Part shown: piece by piece, positions 9,832 to 11,839 of the stretch
Layout of the letters: each line of letters starts with the position of its first letter
Numbering within the stretch: the first letter of the stretch is position 1
Source: a virus
Lineage: Duplodnaviria > Heunggongvirae > Uroviricota > Caudoviricetes
DNA: 11,839 bases
Virus record (IMG/VR): IMGVR_UViG_2744054854_000008
Coordinates: 1 to 11,839 of that record
Strand: one strand, 5' to 3'
The notes under the pieces: generated by a model
Databases searched by the model: none
Told to the model about the DNA's origin: nothing
What the model saw: the letters and a program-made list of their open reading frames with translations, nothing else
Made by a program: the position numbers and the translations under genes

Positions 9832-10587
9832 ATGATTCACTACCACGGTGGGCCTATTACTCCTGATACGTGCGCAATGAGAGCATGGAAAGGGCGACAT
9901 GCGTTTATCAGTTTTGCGCATTCAGGCCAGATCAATCTCGCGGCTGAATACTGTCAGTCGTTCGCGCTGGACAACGGTGCATTCACCGCCTGGAAAGCAG
10001 CTGGCAAAAACAAAATCGACTGGAGCGATTACTACGAGTTTGTTGCTCGCTGGAAGAATCACCCAGGATTCGATTTTGCCATTATCCCGGATATTATTGA
10101 TGGCGGAGAGGAGGAAAATGATGCGCTTCTGAATGAGTGGCCTCACGGAAAACTAGCTGGCGTTCCAGTGTGGCACATGAATGAAAGTGACGCGCGATTT
10201 ATTCATTTGTGCAATGAGTTTCCGCGAGTGGCTATCGGTAGTTGTGGCGACTATGACGTAAAGCGCCCAACTCTTGCGGTAGCCAGAATGAAAGACCTGA
10301 TTCGTCACATTGTTGATGGGCATGGTCAGCCGGTTACGAAACTACATGGATTGCGCATGTTAAATCCGCTGATATTCACAAAATTACCCTTAGCCAGCGC
10401 AGATAGTACGAACGTCGCTCGAAACATCGGTATTGATAAAGCCTGGTCTGGGGCTTATGCACCTGCAAGTAAAGAGACACGCGCAGCATTAATGGTAGAA
10501 CGGATTGAGGCACACAATAGCCCTGGTTCTCTTGCGTATTGTGAACAACGCGACCGCTTTGAAATGCAATTGCAACTAGCAGTTTAA
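9832..10587 (+). CDS. Hypothetical protein with TGT-like (tRNA-guanine transglycosylase fold) motifs; candidate DpdA-type 7-deazaguanine transglycosylase, 251 aa
   Basis: ATG at 9832 with AGGAG 6 nt upstream, 1 nt after the upstream stop; the track's start at 9790 is an upstream in-frame ATG. Motifs in TGT order: FALDNGAF (cf. TGT LTDSGGFQ), GFDFAIIPDI (cf. GSDIVMIFDE), HLCNEFPRVAIGSCG (cf. HVCPQIPADKPRYLMGVG), ADSTNVARN (cf. FDCVMPTRNARN, nucleophile Asp). No CxCxxC...H zinc motif. The gene call is solid; the functional call is a hypothesis. Confidence 0.6.
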   Translation: MIHYHGGPITPDTCAMRAWKGRHAFISFAHSGQINLAAEYCQSFALDNGAFTAWKAAGKNKIDWSDYYEFVARWKNHPGFDFAIIPDIIDGGEEENDALLNEWPHGKLAGVPVWHMNESDARFIHLCNEFPRVAIGSCGDYDVKRPTLAVARMKDLIRHIVDGHGQPVTKLHGLRMLNPLIFTKLPLASADSTNVARNIGIDKAWSGAYAPASKETRAALMVERIEAHNSPGSLAYCEQRDRFEMQLQLAV

Positions 10588-10597
10588 GGACTAACAA

Positions 10598-11839
10598 ATG
10601 ACCACTATTACCAAAGAACGTATTGAATTGTTCATTAAAAATCCGCTTGAAAACGGGCTTACTCGTGGCGAACAAATGGAACTGGCACGAATTGCACTGG
10701 CATCACTGGAACGCGAACTGATTCGCCACGAGCATGCCAAATGGTCTGACTCCACATTTGGCTGCGTTGGCCCCATTGGTCCACTGAAACACCTCTCAAA
10801 AGAGGCTCTGGAAGCCGCAGCCGAACCAGACGATCTCAGCGAGTGGGCTGATATGCATTTCCTGTTGTGGGATGCACAGCGCCGTGCTGGCATCAGCGAT
10901 GCTGAAATTACCGCTGCTATGGAAGATAAATTGAAGATCAACATGGAGCGCCAGTGGCCTGAACCAAAAGATGGTGAGCCTCGCTTGCACATTAAAGAAC
11001 CCGGCAACTCTCCGGTAATTCCGGATGGTTTATCCACGGTATGCGCTGAGGCTTATCAGGTTGTAGGAGTTATGGCAGATGCGCTTGGTGTATTCGGTGA
11101 TGCAGCAGTACAGAAAGTTCTGGATAACCTGTCACAGCAAAAACTTGTTCACAGAGATGTGCTGCCGTTCTCGCTTCCGGTGACTCCGGATGGTTGGATA
11201 AGCTGTAGTGAGCGAATGCCGAAAGAGGCAATAGCTGAAGGCCATATAACAACAAACCCTGTCGCTGCCACTCGCGCAGCAAAATCAGAGGTAAGGAGAT
11301 CAAGACTTACGGCTGACGAATACCTGAAAATTTATCAAGCAGCAGAATCATCACCATGTTGGCTCAGACTTGCAATGGAACTGGCTGTTGTTACCGGGCA
11401 GCGAGTTGGTGATTTATGCGAAATGAAGTGGTCTGATATCGTAGATGGATATCTTTATGTCGAGCAAAGCAAAACAGGCGTAAAAATTGCCATCCCAACA
11501 ACATTGCATGTTGATGCTCTCGGGATATCAATGAAGGAAACACTTGATAAATGCAAAAAGATTCTTGGCGGAGAAACCATAATTGCATCTACTCGTCGTG
11601 AACCGCTTTCATCCGGCACAGTATCAAGGTATTTTATGCGCGCACGAAAAGCATCAGGTCTCTCCTTCGAAGGGGATCCGCCAACCTTTCACGAGTTGCG
11701 CAGTTTGTCTGCAAGACTCTATGAGAAGCAGATAAGCGATAAATTTGCTCAACATCTTCTCGGGCATAAGTCGGACACCATGGCATCACAGTATCGTGAT
11801 GACAGAGGCAGGGAGTGGGACAAAATTGAAATCAAATAA
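10598..11839 (+). CDS. Chimeric tyrosine recombinase: non-integrase N-terminal ~209 aa fused in frame to a lambda-type Int catalytic domain (~203 aa), 413 aa
   Basis: ATG at 10598 with TAAGGA 7 nt upstream; stop TAA at 11837-11839. From residue ~210 (EAIAEGHITTN...TGQRVGDL...FHELRSLSARLY...HLLGHKSDTMASQYRDDRGREWDKIEIK) it is near-identical to the lambda Int C-terminal catalytic domain, including the R...HxxR...H...Y residues. Residues 1-209 do not resemble the Int arm-binding or core-binding domains. Confidence 0.8.
   Translation: MTTITKERIELFIKNPLENGLTRGEQMELARIALASLERELIRHEHAKWSDSTFGCVGPIGPLKHLSKEALEAAAEPDDLSEWADMHFLLWDAQRRAGISDAEITAAMEDKLKINMERQWPEPKDGEPRLHIKEPGNSPVIPDGLSTVCAEAYQVVGVMADALGVFGDAAVQKVLDNLSQQKLVHRDVLPFSLPVTPDGWISCSERMPKEAIAEGHITTNPVAATRAAKSEVRRSRLTADEYLKIYQAAESSPCWLRLAMELAVVTGQRVGDLCEMKWSDIVDGYLYVEQSKTGVKIAIPTTLHVDALGISMKETLDKCKKILGGETIIASTRREPLSSGTVSRYFMRARKASGLSFEGDPPTFHELRSLSARLYEKQISDKFAQHLLGHKSDTMASQYRDDRGREWDKIEIK

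Noticed and set aside
10591-11037. 148-aa minus-strand ORF
   Set aside because: Antisense to the integrase chimera; Ser/Arg-rich with no motifs or start context.

Overview
This window reads as a heavily decayed lambdoid (Rac-like) cryptic prophage segment of an E. coli-type genome. On the minus strand, 5'->3': an N-terminally truncated Rz with an intact embedded Rz1 lipoprotein gene, an AT-rich K+ transporter gene (trkG), a 461-aa protein with an N-terminal ParB-like nuclease domain, a start-less 3' fragment of tail-tip gene J, then lom, the side tail fiber gene stf and the tail fiber assembly gene tfa. The last four keep the lambda order J-lom-stf-tfa; hairpin/T-tract terminators follow the ParB-like gene, J and lom. 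On the plus strand at the right end, three tightly coupled genes: an Ea22-like protein, a 251-aa protein with motifs that line up with the tRNA-guanine transglycosylase (TGT) active-site segments (candidate DpdA-type 7-deazaguanine transglycosylase), and a 413-aa chimeric ORF whose C-terminal ~200 aa are a lambda-type integrase catalytic domain behind a non-integrase N-terminus. The immunity, replication, head and most tail genes are absent, and I place deletion junctions near 11225, 9364-9420 and 5900-5920. No tRNA, rRNA, CRISPR array or IS element was found. All calls rest on reading the supplied translations and nucleotide sequence against remembered protein families; no database search was run.
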